Under the pieces are notes generated by a model. It did no database searches, was not told the DNA's origin, and saw only the letters and a list, made by a program, of their open reading frames with translations. From assembly GCA_963803165.1 (NCBI GenBank), contig CAWDLK010000002.1, positions 136,569-200,568 of the forward strand: a DNA stretch of 64,000 bases, in the 5' to 3' direction. Below, piece by piece: positions 1-9,029 of this stretch. A program made the translations under genes and the position numbers. This DNA is from an uncultured Chloroflexia bacterium (GTDB lineage Bacteria > Chloroflexota > Dormibacteria > Aeolococcales > Aeolococcaceae). Positions within the stretch are counted from its first letter, which is position 1, and each line of letters begins with the position of its first letter.

Positions 1-1029
1 GTAGACCGTCCCTCCCAGGGTGACGTCGTTGCCGGCGAGGCAGAGCGCCACCTCGGTGAAGTCGCACGAGCTCTCGATGCCGCCCACGTCGTCGCGGTCG
101 AACATCGCCACCATTCCGGCCCAGCTCCCCGTCGTCGCGGCGCTGAGATTGAGGTTGGCACTGCCCGAGACGTCAAGGTAACCGCCCGACTCACCGGCGT
201 TGCAGGTGCCCACGGTCTGCCCGAGATACTGGTGGCGGCTGCCGTAGACGTCGACCGGGCAGCCGAAGTAGAGGAGCACTCCGCTGCCGGTGACGTCGAC
301 GTCGTCGCTCAGCGACATCTCACCGAGGATGTAGTAGGTGCCGGGCTGCAGGGTGTAGTGACCGAAGAAGTTGTCCCAGGTGACTGAGCAGTACACGTCC
401 CCGGCGGTGAGGCTCTCGTCGTAGGCGTCGGTGCAGAGCGCGCTCGAGGTGGGGGAGGGGAGGGAGGCCAGTGGATCCGGGACCGTGGACGACATCCTGG
501 TCGGGCTAGGCGTGACCGTCCCGAAACCGCCCCAGGTCCCGCGGTAGCCGATGTACCCGGACTGCGGCGCCGTCGAGCTGACCGACCCGGAGTTGTCGGA
601 GCCGCCGTCCAGAACCACCGGACCGGCCACCGAGAGGTCGGCATCGGCGCTGGTCGAGAGCGAGGTGCCGGGGTCGAGCAGGCAGAGCAGGCACTCCTGA
701 TCGAGCGATTCGTCGACGAGCGGCTGCGTCGAGGACTCGTTGCAGCCGGTGGTCGCGTAGCCGACGCTGTCGCCGGATTGCATCGTCAGGGTGCCGGTGG
801 CACCCTTGCTGCACCCGGAGTTGGCCGCGGTGTCGCCGATGGCGAAGGCGGCGCCGCCCTCGGTATTGGCGTCCGAGGCTGCCGTGGCCTCGGTGTGAAC
901 GTGTTGGAGGAAGGTACCGTCCGCAAACTGGAGGGTGGCGGCCGTGACGATGCCAAAGAAGGCGATGAACACGAGCGCCAGGATGAGGACCTGGCCATGC
1001 TCACCACGGCGTCGGTTGCGGCTCAGCAT
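1..1029 (-). CDS. secreted protein with TadE/TadG-like pseudopilin-type N-terminal hydrophobic segment (5' part only; ORF runs off window start)
   Basis: Hand translation of the minus strand from the ATG at 1027-1029 gives MLSRNRRRGEHGQVLILALVFIAFFGIVTAATLQFADGTFLQHVHTEAT.... I checked it codon by codon down to about 780 with no stop, and it appears open to position 1. It is absent from the ORF track, presumably because it has no in-window stop. The start overlaps the upstream pilin stop (ATGCTGA). The composition is Cys-containing and Gly/Ser/Thr-rich, typical of a secreted protein. Confidence 0.45.
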   Translation of the reverse strand, partial: MLSRNRRRGEHGQVLILALVFIAFFGIVTAATLQFADGTFLQHVHTEATAASDANTEGGAAFAIGDTAANSGCSKGATGTLTMQSGDSVGYATTGCNESSTQPLVDESLDQECLLCLLDPGTSLSTSADADLSVAGPVVLDGGSDNSGSVSSTAPQSGYIGYRGTWGGFGTVTPSPTRMSSTVPDPLASLPSPTSSALCTDAYDESLTAGDVYCSVTWDNFFGHYTLQPGTYYILGEMSLSDDVDVTGSGVLLYFGCPVDVYGSRHQYLGQTVGTCNAGESGGYLDVSGSANLNLSAATTGSWAGMVAMFDRDDVGGIESSCDFTEVALCLAGNDVTLGGTVY

Positions 1030-1745
1030 TGCGGGTACCCCGTTGCCGACGCGAGGGCCGCTGGATCCTGAACCAGCGGCCGGAGGATGAAGGTCCCCGT
1101 CGGCGGGTTGGAGAGGTCAGATGTGGTCACCGTCACCGGCAGCGTCGAGATCCAGGTGCCGCCGCCGCTGGTGGGGGCGGTCAGCGTCACCGACACGGTC
1201 GGCTCGCTGCTCCCGGTGATCGCCTGCCCACCCTTCCACGCGAACGTCGATGAGCCCGCGGAGATCGCGTACTCCTCGCGTCGAACCTGGTTGGTGCCGG
1301 TGACCACGGCGTAGACGGCGACCTGGCACGAGTTACTGGAGAGTTGAGGCCAGGCCAGGCAGAGGATGGGGACGCCCTCCAACCCGTTCCAGGTCAGAGG
1401 GCCGCTGCACTCCGTCTGGGCGTGGGCGCTGGCGAACAGCTGACTGCAGCTGCCGTAGGGTCCGTATGGACCGGAGGCTGCCGAGGCCGAGTGAGGGATG
1501 TAGACGCACGAAGCCTGCGAGACGTCCCGGGAGAGCAGCTGCTCGAAGACCATCAGGTCACCGCTGGCCGCCAGCCGTGCGCCGCTGCCCTGAGGGCCTA
1601 GGGTCTTGTAGCCCACGCCGAAGACACCCGCGAACACCCCGCCCAGAATGGTCAGGATGGCGACGGATACGAGCACCTCGATCAGGGTGAAGCCATCCTG
1701 ACCGCGGGATCGCGGGTGCTTCGGACGCGGACTACCTGGGTTCAT
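1023..1745 (-). CDS. prepilin-type N-terminal cleavage/methylation domain protein (type IV pilin or pseudopilin)
   Basis: The N-terminus RSRGQDGFTLIEVLVSVAILTILGGV matches the class III signal and G|FTLIE motif of type IV pilins. It sits in an operon with the PilB and PilC homologues. Confidence 0.75.
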   Translation of the reverse strand: MNPGSPRPKHPRSRGQDGFTLIEVLVSVAILTILGGVFAGVFGVGYKTLGPQGSGARLAASGDLMVFEQLLSRDVSQASCVYIPHSASAASGPYGPYGSCSQLFASAHAQTECSGPLTWNGLEGVPILCLAWPQLSSNSCQVAVYAVVTGTNQVRREEYAISAGSSTFAWKGGQAITGSSEPTVSVTLTAPTSGGGTWISTLPVTVTTSDLSNPPTGTFILRPLVQDPAALASATGYPQC

Positions 1746-1816
1746 GACCTACTTGTTAGAGGAAGCTGCCGTGATGAAGGTCCGCGGCTGGTCGGTTCGC
1801 AGTAGCGGCGCATCGC

Positions 1817-2635
1817 TCAGCGTCCTCCGTTGACGGTGATCGAGGCGGTGGCGCTCGTCAACCCGGGGCTCGACGCCGTGAGCGTGTAGCTCCCATTGGC
1901 ATCCCCGAAGATGAACAGGCCGTCGAACGATGCGATGCCGGCGCTGGCGTTCTCAGACGGGTTGAAGCATCCAAAGCCGTTGCAAAGGGAGTCTGTGGTC
2001 GGCGAGAGGCTGAGGGTGACGGTAGCGGTGCTCGAAACCTTCTGGTTGCTCCCGTTCTCAACCCAGACGGTCACGTTGAACGTGCTGAAACTGCCCAGCG
2101 TAAACGTGCCCGGCGGCCCCACATTGAAGGCCAGGTGGGTGGCGTTGGGGTTGGGCGTTGCGGTGGGACTGGAGGTGGGGCTGGAAGTGGGGCTGGACGT
2201 CGGGCTCGACGTCGGGCTCGACGAGGCACTGGGCGTCGGAGTGCCGCCCCCGCCGCCGCCACCACCACCGCCACCACCCAGGCTCGCGCACCCATTGGTC
2301 ACCGTGCCGTTGGCGTCGATCGCCCAGGCCGTCTCGGTCGGCCAGGCGTGCAGGTAGGTGGGCACGAGATCCGGGCTGTAGAGCACGGTCGTGCTCCCGG
2401 CCTGCGTCGGGTACACGCCGTGGTCCGAGTAGTAGGAGTCACTCGCCGTCTGCACCGTCTGCAGGTCGGTGTTGCATGCGGCGACCAACCCGCGGTTGGT
2501 CACGCCGGTCACGTTGAAGATGACGATGGCGGCCAGGATCCCGAGTATGGCGATCACCACCAGCAGCTCGATCAGGGTGAAGCCGCCCTGGCCGCGACGC
2601 CGGCGGCGAGGTGCCCAATAGCAGAGGTTGCCCAT
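1817..2635 (-). CDS. type IV pilin with poly-Gly and Ser/Thr/Pro-rich linker plus C-terminal beta-rich (Ig-like) domain
   Basis: ORF 1817..2908 contains MGNLCYWAPRRRRRGQGGFTLIELLVVIAILGILAAIVIFNV, a prepilin motif starting at M92 (coordinate 2635). A pilin fold with a Cys pair is followed by G12, then SSPTSSPTSSPTSSPTSSPTATPNPNATH, then a roughly 110-aa domain rich in NxS/T sites. The start could also be the upstream GTG at 2908. Confidence 0.7.
   Translation of the reverse strand: MGNLCYWAPRRRRRGQGGFTLIELLVVIAILGILAAIVIFNVTGVTNRGLVAACNTDLQTVQTASDSYYSDHGVYPTQAGSTTVLYSPDLVPTYLHAWPTETAWAIDANGTVTNGCASLGGGGGGGGGGGGTPTPSASSSPTSSPTSSPTSSPTSSPTATPNPNATHLAFNVGPPGTFTLGSFSTFNVTVWVENGSNQKVSSTATVTLSLSPTTDSLCNGFGCFNPSENASAGIASFDGLFIFGDANGSYTLTASSPGLTSATASITVNGGR
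2150..2278 (-). repeat. coding tandem repeat: about six 12-bp units encoding (SSPT)n (approx. 2150-2230) followed by a 36-nt Gly-codon run (2243-2278)
   Basis: The plus strand reads ggtgggactggag gtggggctggaa gtggggctggac gtcgggctcgac gtcgggctcgac ..., then gcc/ccc/acc x12. The minus-strand translation is SSPT x5 and G12. Confidence 0.7.
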
Positions 2636-2911
2636 GTCGTATCCCCTCCTGGGTTGCGGTCCTGGTGAACGGAGCGCGGTGGCTGCCGCCGCTCCCGCGA
2701 TTGGCTTGCCGTCGAGGTCTGCCTCCGATGTGGATGCGGGCTCCGGTCCGAGGTTGCGGTCGAATACAGGCGGCCCGAACGCCGTCTCGTCATGTGCGTG
2801 CGTGTTCATCCCTCGCCCTTCCAAACCTCCCGGGTCAGGCTCCGCTTCGTGGTCGACACTGTGAGCTTGATCTCCTGGACGCCGACGTCGTGGCCTCCTC
2901 CGGAGCACGAG

Positions 2912-3295
2912 CTACCGGTGAGGGCCACGCCGTTGAGCTCGGTCGAGACCCACACCTCGGACACCGTTGCGGTGACCCCCGTCGGCAGGTTGAGTGCGCT
3001 CACCGAACCCTGGTAGCTCGACGGAGCGGCGCAGTGGACATAGGTCAGCTGGTCGGAGCCGACGTAGTCGGAGACCTCGCGCATCGCCGCCTCGAGCTGG
3101 GCCTGCGTCTGGGCGATGCTCGAGTTCGAGCTGGGTGGCGGCGAGGCCGGCGGTGATGCCCACGACCGCGACCGACATCACCGCGATGGTGACCAGCAGC
3201 TCGATGAGCGTCACCCCGCGCTCACCGGCGCGCCGCGGCCGCCTCGGCGCAGAGCGCCGTCCCCTCGGACCCCAACCCATCCACCTTCCTTCCAT
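2912..3295 (-). CDS. prepilin-type minor pilin or pseudopilin
   Basis: The N-terminus RAGERGVTLIELLVTIAVMSVAVVGITAGL fits the prepilin cleavage motif (G|VTLIEL). The protein is small at 127 aa. Confidence 0.65.
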   Translation of the reverse strand: MEGRWMGWGPRGRRSAPRRPRRAGERGVTLIELLVTIAVMSVAVVGITAGLAATQLELEHRPDAGPARGGDARGLRLRRLRPADLCPLRRSVELPGFGERTQPADGGHRNGVRGVGLDRAQRRGPHR

Positions 3296-3299
3296 CGCG

Positions 3300-4437
3300 C
3301 TATCCGCCGTTGAAGCCTCCGGCGAGCGAGTAGATGGAGGTGATGAGGGTCACCGCGACGAAGCCCACCATGAGGCCGACGAAGACCACCATAGCGGGCT
3401 CGAGCAGGGCGGTCAGCCGCTTGAGGCGGTAGTCGAGCTCGTTCTCGTACATGTCGGCCGCCTCGACCAGGCTGGCGTCCAGGGTGCCGGTCTCCTCACC
3501 AACCCGGAACATCTGGATCACGGCGCCGGGGAAGATCCCGCTCGCCTGCAGTGGGCGGTAGATGCCCTCGCCCGCCGCCAGCGAGGGGCCCACCCGTTGC
3601 AGCGTGCGACGGTACACTCGATTGCGCACGTTGCTGATCACCACATCGTAGGTCTGCCCGATCGGCACCCCCGCGCTCAGCATGTTGCCCAGATTGCGGC
3701 AGAAGCCCTCGATCATCGAGGCCTGGATGAGCGGTGCGATCCCGGGCAGCTTGACCAGCACCGAGTTCGAGCACGTACCTTCCGGGTTCGGTGCGCACCC
3801 AAACCGCGATGGCGACGATGACGATGACGATCACCAGCACCAGGGTCCAGACGTTGGCGCTGATGAAGGAGGAGAGGTTGAGCATGGCGTTGAGGATGCC
3901 GGGGGTCTTGACTCCGAGAGAGGCGTACAGCCCTCTGAACTTGGGCAGCACGAAGACCACGATGCCCACGGCGATGATCAGGGAGAAGCAGATGATGATC
4001 GTCGGGTAGGTCATCGACGCCCGCACCCGCTGCCGCGCCGCGGCCTCCCGCTCGATGTGCTTGGCCGCCTGGGTGAGCACCACATCGAGGTTGCCGGTGA
4101 CCTCCGCCGAGCGCACCATGTCGGCGACGATCCGCGGGAACACCGCGGGATGGGCCGCCAGGGCGTCGCTGAGCCGGATCCCCCGCCGGATGTCGGCCGC
4201 GACCGCCTGGTAGGTCTGGCGGAGCAGCCGGTTCCGGGCCTGCTCGGCGAAGATGTCGATCGCGGAGGTGATGGGGACGCCAACCCGCGCAAAGGAGGCC
4301 AGCTGCCGGCAGAACTGCACGATCGCCTGCGGCTTGATCTTGGGTTGGTAGGTGAGGAAGGCGCGCGCCGAGCCACCCGCCCGGCGGGCGGCTTCCTGGG
4401 CCTTGGGGGCGGCGACCTGCGGCTGCATCCTCCCCAT
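3300..4437 (-). CDS. pilC: type IV pilus or T2SS platform protein PilC/GspF (apparent frameshift near 3765-3790)
   Basis: Two adjacent minus ORFs cover it. The ORF at 3496..4437 has a GspF-like N-terminal half (ASFARVGVPITSAIDIF...LPKFRGLYASLG) and a TM region, which turns to Arg-rich junk after about aa 221 (about 3777). The ORF at 3300..3761 carries the second GspF repeat (LVKLPGIAPLIQ...LSAGVPIGQTYDVV...MFRVGEETGTLD). A single indel joins the two halves. Confidence 0.7.
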
Positions 4438-4443
4438 CTCTCC

Positions 4444-6228
4444 CTAGACCACGTAGACCGTGCGCATCGCTTCCGCGATGGTCGTCTTGCCATGGTCGAC
4501 CAGCTCGCAGGCGGCGTCCTGAAGGGAGCGCATGCCCCGGTCTCGGACGTAGTCGCGAAGCCGCGCCTGGTGGACCCGCTCGATGACCTTCTCGCGGATG
4601 TCGTCGTCCACCTCGAGGCACTCGAAGACCCCCTGCCGGTCGTAGAAGCCGGTGCCGTTGCACCGGCGACAGCCGCGACCGACGACCTGCGGGACGAGCC
4701 GCGGCGTGCCCCGGACGGAGCGGTAGAACTCGGCCTCGTCCGGATGCACCGGGCTGTCCGCCGAGCAGGCTTCGCAGTTGAGGCGGACGAGGCGCTGAGC
4801 GACGACGCCGATCAGCGCCGACGCGACCAGGTAGCTCTCCAGCCCCATGTCCAGGAAGCGGTGGAGGGCGCCGACCGTGTCCGCGGCGTGCAGGGAGGCG
4901 AGCACCAGGTGGCCGGTGAGCGCCGACTGCACTGCGATCTGGGCGGTCTCGGCGTCGCGGATCTCGCCGATCAGGATCACGTCCGGGTCCTGGCGGAGGA
5001 TGGCCCGCAGCCCGTTGGCGAAGGTCATGCCGGCCAGGCGGTTGATCTGGATCTGGTTGATGTCGTCGAACTGGTACTCGACCGGGTCCTCGATGGTGGT
5101 GATGTTCCGGGTGTTCCGATCCAGCTCGTTGAGCGCCGCGTAGAGGGTGGTGGTCTTGCCGGCGCCGGTCGGTCCGCCGACGATGAGCAGCCCGTACGGG
5201 GAGGCGATGAGCCGCTGCAGCGCCTCGTGCTCCTTGTCGCGGAGGCCCAGCTGGTGGAGCGCCACCAGGGGACGCGAGCGGTCGAGCAGGCGGAGCACCA
5301 CCTTCTCGCCCCACACCGTCTGCGCCGTGGCGATCCGGATGTCCACGGCGCGCCCGTCCACGGTCATGGTGGTCTGCCCGTCCTGGGGCCGATGGCGTTC
5401 GACGATGTCCATGTCCGCCATGATCTTGAGCCGGGAGGCGATGGCCCCCGCCAGCTCGCCCGGGAGGGACTGCACGTCTCGAAGGGCTCCGTCGATGCGG
5501 AACCTGACCCGGAGCCGCCCGTCCTGGGGCTCGAGGTGGATGTCAGATGCGCGGTCGCGCAGTCCCTGGGTCAGGATGAGGTCCACGATCTGCACCACCG
5601 GGGCGTCGGCGCTGAGCGTCGCCAGCCCGGTGACCGGCCGGGCGGTGACGCGGCTGTCGCGCACCGCGCGCTGCGCCGCCTGGCCGACCTGGCCGAGCAC
5701 CGTGAAGTGGCGGTTCAGGGCGGCCTCGAGCGCCCGCCGGCTGACCAGGCGGGGGACCGCGGGCCTGCCGATCGCGGCCTGGACCTCCGCCCTCCGGTTC
5801 GCGTCGCCGGGGTCGGCGGTGGCGTAGTGGACCGTCCCACCCTCGTCGATGAGGAAGGGGACGGCGCCGAGCCGGCGCGCCGTCTCCGCATCCAGCAGGT
5901 AGCGGGTGTCATCCTGCGGCACCACCTCGTCGAGCTCCGCCGGAGAGTACCCGAGCTGCTCCCCGAGGGCAGCCACCACGTCGCGCTCCTCGACGCCGCC
6001 CTCGGTGAGCAGCTCGCCGATCAGCCGCCCCTCCTTCTGCTGCCGGCGCAGGGCCTGGCGCACGGTGGCGGGGTTGGCCGCGCCGCGCTCGATCAACCGC
6101 TCCCCGAGCGGCTGGGCCGGCGGCTTGCTGCTCTCGCCCGCGGGCTCGGGATCGTCCGGCACCTCGCGGCGACGCGTGATCAACGGCAACGCCATGCCCG
6201 CACCGTCCCTCTCCTGCCGACAAGCCAC
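4444..6228 (-). CDS. pilB: type IV pilus or type II secretion assembly ATPase (GspE/PilB/ComGA family)
   Basis: Walker A GGPTGAGKTTTLYAAL and the GspE signature TIEDPVEYQ...ILRQDPDVILIGEIRD are present, with a C-terminal tetracysteine (CEACS...CRRCNGTG). This is the first gene of the minus-strand pilus operon. An alternative start is M12 at 6195. Confidence 0.85.
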   Translation of the reverse strand: MACRQERDGAGMALPLITRRREVPDDPEPAGESSKPPAQPLGERLIERGAANPATVRQALRRQQKEGRLIGELLTEGGVEERDVVAALGEQLGYSPAELDEVVPQDDTRYLLDAETARRLGAVPFLIDEGGTVHYATADPGDANRRAEVQAAIGRPAVPRLVSRRALEAALNRHFTVLGQVGQAAQRAVRDSRVTARPVTGLATLSADAPVVQIVDLILTQGLRDRASDIHLEPQDGRLRVRFRIDGALRDVQSLPGELAGAIASRLKIMADMDIVERHRPQDGQTTMTVDGRAVDIRIATAQTVWGEKVVLRLLDRSRPLVALHQLGLRDKEHEALQRLIASPYGLLIVGGPTGAGKTTTLYAALNELDRNTRNITTIEDPVEYQFDDINQIQINRLAGMTFANGLRAILRQDPDVILIGEIRDAETAQIAVQSALTGHLVLASLHAADTVGALHRFLDMGLESYLVASALIGVVAQRLVRLNCEACSADSPVHPDEAEFYRSVRGTPRLVPQVVGRGCRRCNGTGFYDRQGVFECLEVDDDIREKVIERVHQARLRDYVRDRGMRSLQDAACELVDHGKTTIAEAMRTVYVV

Positions 6229-6596
6229 CCGGCAGTGGTGGGTAGGTCACCCCGATTCGGGCTCTGCGCACCGAGTGGGGTGGAGCGTACCGACACTTGC
6301 TCCCCTCCGACGGATCCCCTTCGCCGAACCCCAGACGCGGGGCTCAGGCACCTCCACCCAACCCCCGGGGGGCAGGCGCCTCACCGCCCGAAGCATAGCA
6401 TCCACCGGTTTGGCGCGCCACAAGCCAGCCAGACGCAGCGATCCCACCCCGTTGACGTCCCCTCGCTCCCGGGCGGTGCCGGTCCGGGACCGGCCGCCGG
6501 GGCGAACCGCCCGGGCGCCGGTATCATGCCGCGATCGGCTGGCTCCGCTCTCTCCCCTGGCGGCGCATCGCGCGCGTCCTCTTCGCCCTCTACCTG

Positions 6597-7763
6597 GTGG
6601 GGGCCCTGATCAGCGTCTGGCTGCCCGGGGACTGGCGCCAGGCCGATGTCTCCCTCTACCGCTCCGACGCGATCGCCTTCTGGGGGCACCTGGGCCACCC
6701 CGCGCTTCCGGCCCAGTACCCGCCGCTCTCGGTGATCCCCTTCGCGCTGGCCGCGGGGGGCTCCCCGGCGGGGGGGCAGGACAGCTTCGCCCTCGGGATG
6801 GCGGCCCTCTTCCTGCTCGGCTTCGTCGCCGTGCGGCGCTGGAAGGGCTCCTCCCGCGCCTGGACGTACGGCGCCTACACCCTCGCCGCCGGCCCCGCGA
6901 CCCTGCTCTTCCGCTTCGACCTGGTGCCCGCCCTCCTGGCCCTGGGCTGTCTCTGGCTGCTGGAGCGGCGGCGCTTCGCCGGCGCCTACCCGCTGATTGC
7001 GGTGGGAACCCTGGTCAAGCTCTTCCCGCTGGCCCTGCTTCCCGTCACGGCGATCGCCCACGCCCGCGCCTCCCGGCGGGACGGCCCCCGCCGGCTCGGG
7101 GTGCGGCTCGGGGCGGGCGTGCTCGTCTGCCTCGGCATGGTCGCCACCGGCTTCGCCCTGGCCTACGCCATCGATCCCGCCCATGGCCTGGGGGCGATCA
7201 CCTTCAACCTCCGGCGCCCGGTCGAGGTCGAGTCGCTCCCCGCCACCCTGATGTGGCTGGGATCGCTGGCCGGGGCGCCGATCCGGGGCAGCTTCGCCTT
7301 CGGCTCGTACAACGTGACCGGACCGCTGAGCGGCGCCGCCACCGCCCTGGGCGACGCCGGCCTGGTGGCCGGGATGCTCTGGATCTGGTGGAGGCAGGCG
7401 ACGGGGCGGATGGACGCCGGCCGCGCCGCCGCCGGCGCCCTGCTGGTCCTGCTGTGCACCAGCGGGGTGCTGAGCGCCCAGTACCTGCTCTGGGTGGCGC
7501 CCGTCCTGGCGGTGGTGGAGGGCTTCCGGTACCGCTGGCTCGCCGTCTTCCTGCTCACCGCACTGATCTTCCCGCTGCTCTTCCAGGTGGCCATCCAGTA
7601 CGCGCCCGACGTCCTCTACTCGGGGGTCTTCCTGGCCGGGGTCGCGGCGCGCAACCTGGCCCTGCTGGCGTGCACGATCCAGTTCCTCCTCGCCCGGGGG
7701 AGCGCGATGGCCGCCGAGGCGAGTCCTCCGCCGGCCGAGCCCTCGCTTGCGGCGGCCGGCTGA
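6597..7763 (+). CDS. polytopic membrane glycosyltransferase-like protein (GT87/DUF2029-like, GT-C fold)
   Basis: It has more than 8 predicted TM helices. The N-terminal loop D..Y....YPPLSVIPFALA resembles GT87/DUF2029 mannosyltransferase-like proteins. The start is a GTG, and the in-frame region upstream (WRRIARVLFALYLV) suggests the true start lies a little further 5'. Confidence 0.45.
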   Translation: MGALISVWLPGDWRQADVSLYRSDAIAFWGHLGHPALPAQYPPLSVIPFALAAGGSPAGGQDSFALGMAALFLLGFVAVRRWKGSSRAWTYGAYTLAAGPATLLFRFDLVPALLALGCLWLLERRRFAGAYPLIAVGTLVKLFPLALLPVTAIAHARASRRDGPRRLGVRLGAGVLVCLGMVATGFALAYAIDPAHGLGAITFNLRRPVEVESLPATLMWLGSLAGAPIRGSFAFGSYNVTGPLSGAATALGDAGLVAGMLWIWWRQATGRMDAGRAAAGALLVLLCTSGVLSAQYLLWVAPVLAVVEGFRYRWLAVFLLTALIFPLLFQVAIQYAPDVLYSGVFLAGVAARNLALLACTIQFLLARGSAMAAEASPPPAEPSLAAAG

Positions 7764-7766
7764 GCC

Positions 7767-9029
7767 ATGGCGCCGGTCCCGTGGCCTCGCCGCGCCGCCA
7801 TCCCGCTCCTGGCGCTCGCCTTCATGGCAGCGTCGGCCGTCGCCGTCCTCGTCTTCGACACCACCCGGACCGACCTCGACGTCTTCTTCTGGCCCTCCGC
7901 GGAGGCGGCCGTCCACGGGCACCCCCTGCTGGTGTACGCGCTCCACTCCGGCCAGTACCCCGACGCCAACGGTCCGGTGAGCCTGCTTCCCCTCAGCCTG
8001 GTGGCGGCGCTCGCCGACGCGCTGGGCTGGCAGGACACCATGCGGTGGCGGGATGCGCTGACCGTGGGCCTCTTCGCCGTCTTCACCCTGCTCCTCGCCC
8101 GTGAGGCCGTGCTCGCCGTGGCGGCGGGGAGGGGCCGGCCCGCCCGGCCGCTGCTGGTCGCGGCGGTGTTCCTGCTCGCCCCGCCCCTCTGGGTTGCCCT
8201 GGTGGGGTTCGGCCACGTCGAGGAGCCGCTCGAGCTCTGGCTGATCCTGCTCGGGGTGCGTCTGCTCGGGCGGCGCCGTACCCTCCTGGCCGGCGTCTGT
8301 CTGGGCCTCGCCGCGATGACCCGGACGGCGAGCGCCGTCTGCCTCATACCCCTCGTCGTGGCCCTCCTCTATGACCGCCGCGTGGGCGCCGCCCTCCGGC
8401 TCGCCGGGGCGGCGGTGCTCACCGCGGCTGTGGTGATCGCCCCCTTCCTGCTCGCCGACCGCGGTGACGTCGTCTTCTCCCTGGTCACGTACCGGGGCGC
8501 CCTCCCCATCGTCGGAGGGTCGCTCTGGGTGGCGTTCCAGGGCGCCGGCTGGATCGGCGCCGTCCAGCACTCCGACACCCTGATCTTCGCCGGGGCCGCG
8601 CTCCTGCTCAGCGTGGCGGCGCTGGCCCTGCGGCCCGCGGCGGGGTGGAAGCCACCCCGCGTGTACGGCCTCCTGGCGGTCGCGGCCGCCTGCGTCCCGA
8701 TGCTCGCCAAGACCTCCTGGCCGTACTACCTCCTCGACCCCTATGTCTTCGCCGCCCTCTGGTGGCTGGCCCGCCCCGGCCGCGTCCTCGGCTGGAGCGC
8801 CGCGCCGCCCCTCCTGCTGGCCGCGGGCGGCGCCGTGCTCGCCGCCGTCGAGCCCAGCCTGCCGCTCGGTCCCGGCACCGGGGCCCTGGTCGGGATCCTG
8901 GCCTCGGCGGGGATGGCGGCGGTGATCGCGCTCATCCTGGCCGGCTGGGCGTCCCCTCCTCGGCGCTCGGCGGAGACCCCGGCGGGTGCTCCCCGCTCCT
9001 CGCCCGCCCCGTCAGCGGGTTCTTGGTGA
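7767..9029 (+). CDS. polytopic membrane protein, paralogue of the preceding GT87/DUF2029-like glycosyltransferase
   Basis: It starts 4 nt after the previous stop. The loop DLDVFFWPSAEAAV...QYPDANGPVSLLPLSLV is followed by many TM helices. The 3' end overlaps the convergent AI-2E gene by about 98 nt, so one of the two ends may be mis-called. Confidence 0.4.
   Translation: MAPVPWPRRAAIPLLALAFMAASAVAVLVFDTTRTDLDVFFWPSAEAAVHGHPLLVYALHSGQYPDANGPVSLLPLSLVAALADALGWQDTMRWRDALTVGLFAVFTLLLAREAVLAVAAGRGRPARPLLVAAVFLLAPPLWVALVGFGHVEEPLELWLILLGVRLLGRRRTLLAGVCLGLAAMTRTASAVCLIPLVVALLYDRRVGAALRLAGAAVLTAAVVIAPFLLADRGDVVFSLVTYRGALPIVGGSLWVAFQGAGWIGAVQHSDTLIFAGAALLLSVAALALRPAAGWKPPRVYGLLAVAAACVPMLAKTSWPYYLLDPYVFAALWWLARPGRVLGWSAAPPLLLAAGGAVLAAVEPSLPLGPGTGALVGILASAGMAAVIALILAGWASPPRRSAETPAGAPRSSPAPSAGSW

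Noticed and set aside
3300-4437. Calling pilC, rnj, mutS, the lipoprotein and the M24 peptidase genuine pseudogenes
   Set aside because: All the breaks are single-base and sit at G/C homopolymers. They hit essential or core genes within 64 kb. The flanking sequence is otherwise perfectly conserved. This looks like consensus error, not decay.
3682-6609. Very long ORFs (up to 1325 aa) such as 3682..6609(+), 6381..8570(-), 13585..16893(-), 24105..28082(-), 30695..33550(-), 20641..22260(-) and 10731..13043(-)
   Set aside because: They are antisense or out of frame to well-supported genes. They are extremely Arg/Pro/Gly-rich with no motifs. This is the typical stop-codon-poor alternative-frame artefact of 70%+ GC DNA.
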